DNA of 54,828 nucleotides, filler included, from Bipalium vagum (taxonomy: Eukaryota): NCBI GenBank assembly GCA_037834085.1. It is 3 parts of 3 records of this genome, joined end to end, with 100 filler letters (N's around TTAATTAATTAA, not from the genome) between each part and the next. Parts side by side here need not be neighbours in the genome. Positions count along the whole stretch, not along the records: positions 32,589 to 54,828 come from JBBMKC010224669.1; 2 more parts are not named here. One strand, written 5' to 3'. Position 1 is the stretch's first letter. Every line of letters starts with the position of its first letter. The translations under genes were made by a program, and so were the position numbers. The notes beneath the pieces were generated by a model. That model had not been told where the DNA came from. It searched no databases and saw only the letters and a list, made by a program, of their open reading frames with translations. Of the stretch, positions 53,595 through 54,828 are shown piece after piece.

Positions 53595-54120
53595 ATTGGT
53601 TGCAAGAAAGTAATTTTCCTATTTTATAAAAAGGCATTTAACTTCAATTTAACTGTGTTAAAAAAATAATCATTGTTTAAATCATATAAAAAGAGAGTCG
53701 ACTGATTCAAATGTCAGTTAGTAAGTCAATTTCATATATAATACTTTGTTTAGTTATTTTCATTTGTCAGTTTTAGTATGGAATATCGGAGTACTTATTT
53801 GAAGCATATTTTACTTTTCTACTATTGGAAAGGAAAAAATAGAGCATAAGCTTGAAAAAAGTGTCCAGCAAAGATATATCAAAAGAAAGTCAATGTTGGA
53901 ATTAGTTTAACAAATTAAGATGAGATGTTTTTACTCAAAGATAAGAAACGATCTGGTCTTCCACTGTATGTCAATGATGAAAATATTAAAAATGTGATCA
54001 ATAATGATAATAAAAAATTGCATGGCATTGGAAAGAAGCTCAGGGTATCACATGCAACCATCGAAAGCCACATAAATCATATGGGTTGCATGAAAAAAAT
54101 AGATTTGTGGGTTCTTTAAT
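53595..54120 (+). mobile_element. Mariner 5' half (TIR plus N-terminal transposase)
   Basis: TIR attggttgcaagaaagtaattt, then 'MEYRSTYLKHILLFYYWKGKN', 'LKDKKRSGLP' and 'KKIDLWV'. Confidence 0.8.
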
Positions 54121-54664
54121 AGCTTATAACCTTATAGATGTTAATATTACCCAAGCATAATGAGTGTGGCAACAGTGAAAATCCTGACGGAGGAGGACAA
54201 CTTTATACAGTAATAATTTTAGTCTTTTCATTTAAAATCCAAAAGAAACTAATCAACTCTACGTAGAATTTAATGATACTTTCGGGATTACACTATCCAA
54301 AATCACGAATCTCCTCATTTATTTCTGACCAATATTTGCGCAGTAAAACAATTTGAATTTCCCTGAAATTTTGGCCTTGTTGATATAAGGAATAATTTTA
54401 CAATTAATGATTTACATAAATTATTTTATAATATAACAAAATCAGAACCAGAACTGCAATTAAATTTAAGAAAATCTCCATCAATTTCGATACGGAATTA
54501 TAAATTGATAACATTGTCAAAGTCAATCCTGGATTTGGAATTGATCACAAATATTGCAATAAAAAGTAAAGAAATATTTCAATAACTGTTCCTTTTCATT
54601 GCAAATTAAATGTTTATTATTAATAATATATGTATTATTAATAGTAAACAAATAATAGTTATAG

Positions 54665-54828
54665 ATAATAATAAATAATAATCAATAATAAATAAAAATC
54701 AATAATAAATAATAATCAATAATAAATAATAATCAATAATAAATAATAATCAATAATAATCAATAATAAATAATAATCAATAATAAATAATAATCAATAA
54801 TAAATAATAATCAATAATAAATAATAAT
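54665..54828. repeat. 17-bp minisatellite (taataatcaataataaa)n derived from AAT repeats
   Basis: About 9 near-perfect copies running to the window end. Confidence 0.9.

Noticed and set aside
54665-54828. Terminal tandem array as CRISPR or telomere
   Set aside because: No spacers and no G-rich telomeric unit; it is a simple AT minisatellite.

Overview
This is very AT-rich, intron-containing animal genomic DNA, not prokaryotic. Composition, (AAT)n microsatellites and a heavy Tc1/mariner load suggest an invertebrate, possibly a planarian-type flatworm (inference only). Two artificial 100-bp spacers (44 N + TTAATTAATTAA + 44 N) cut the window into three segments, so adjacency across them is unproven. 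Segment A (1-15585) is mostly decayed transposons and ends with the first coding exon (TM1-TM3) of an FMRFamide-receptor-like class A GPCR. Segment B (15686-32488) holds five small phase-compatible exons of a copine that the ORF track misses; its VWA domain has a degenerate MIDAS, and its introns are filled with mariner and other relics. Segment C (32589-54828) holds a two-exon TARBP1/Trm3 tRNA Gm18 methyltransferase (- strand, ~1450 aa, one 4.2-kb exon) divergent from a Van Gogh/Strabismus gene with a single coding exon (+ strand, ending ETSV). I see no convincing novel multi-gene system. The best leads are the metal-site-degenerate copine, the N/Y/P-rich insertion in Vang, the intron-poor GC-richer TARBP1/Vang pair, and several possible decayed GPCR relics.
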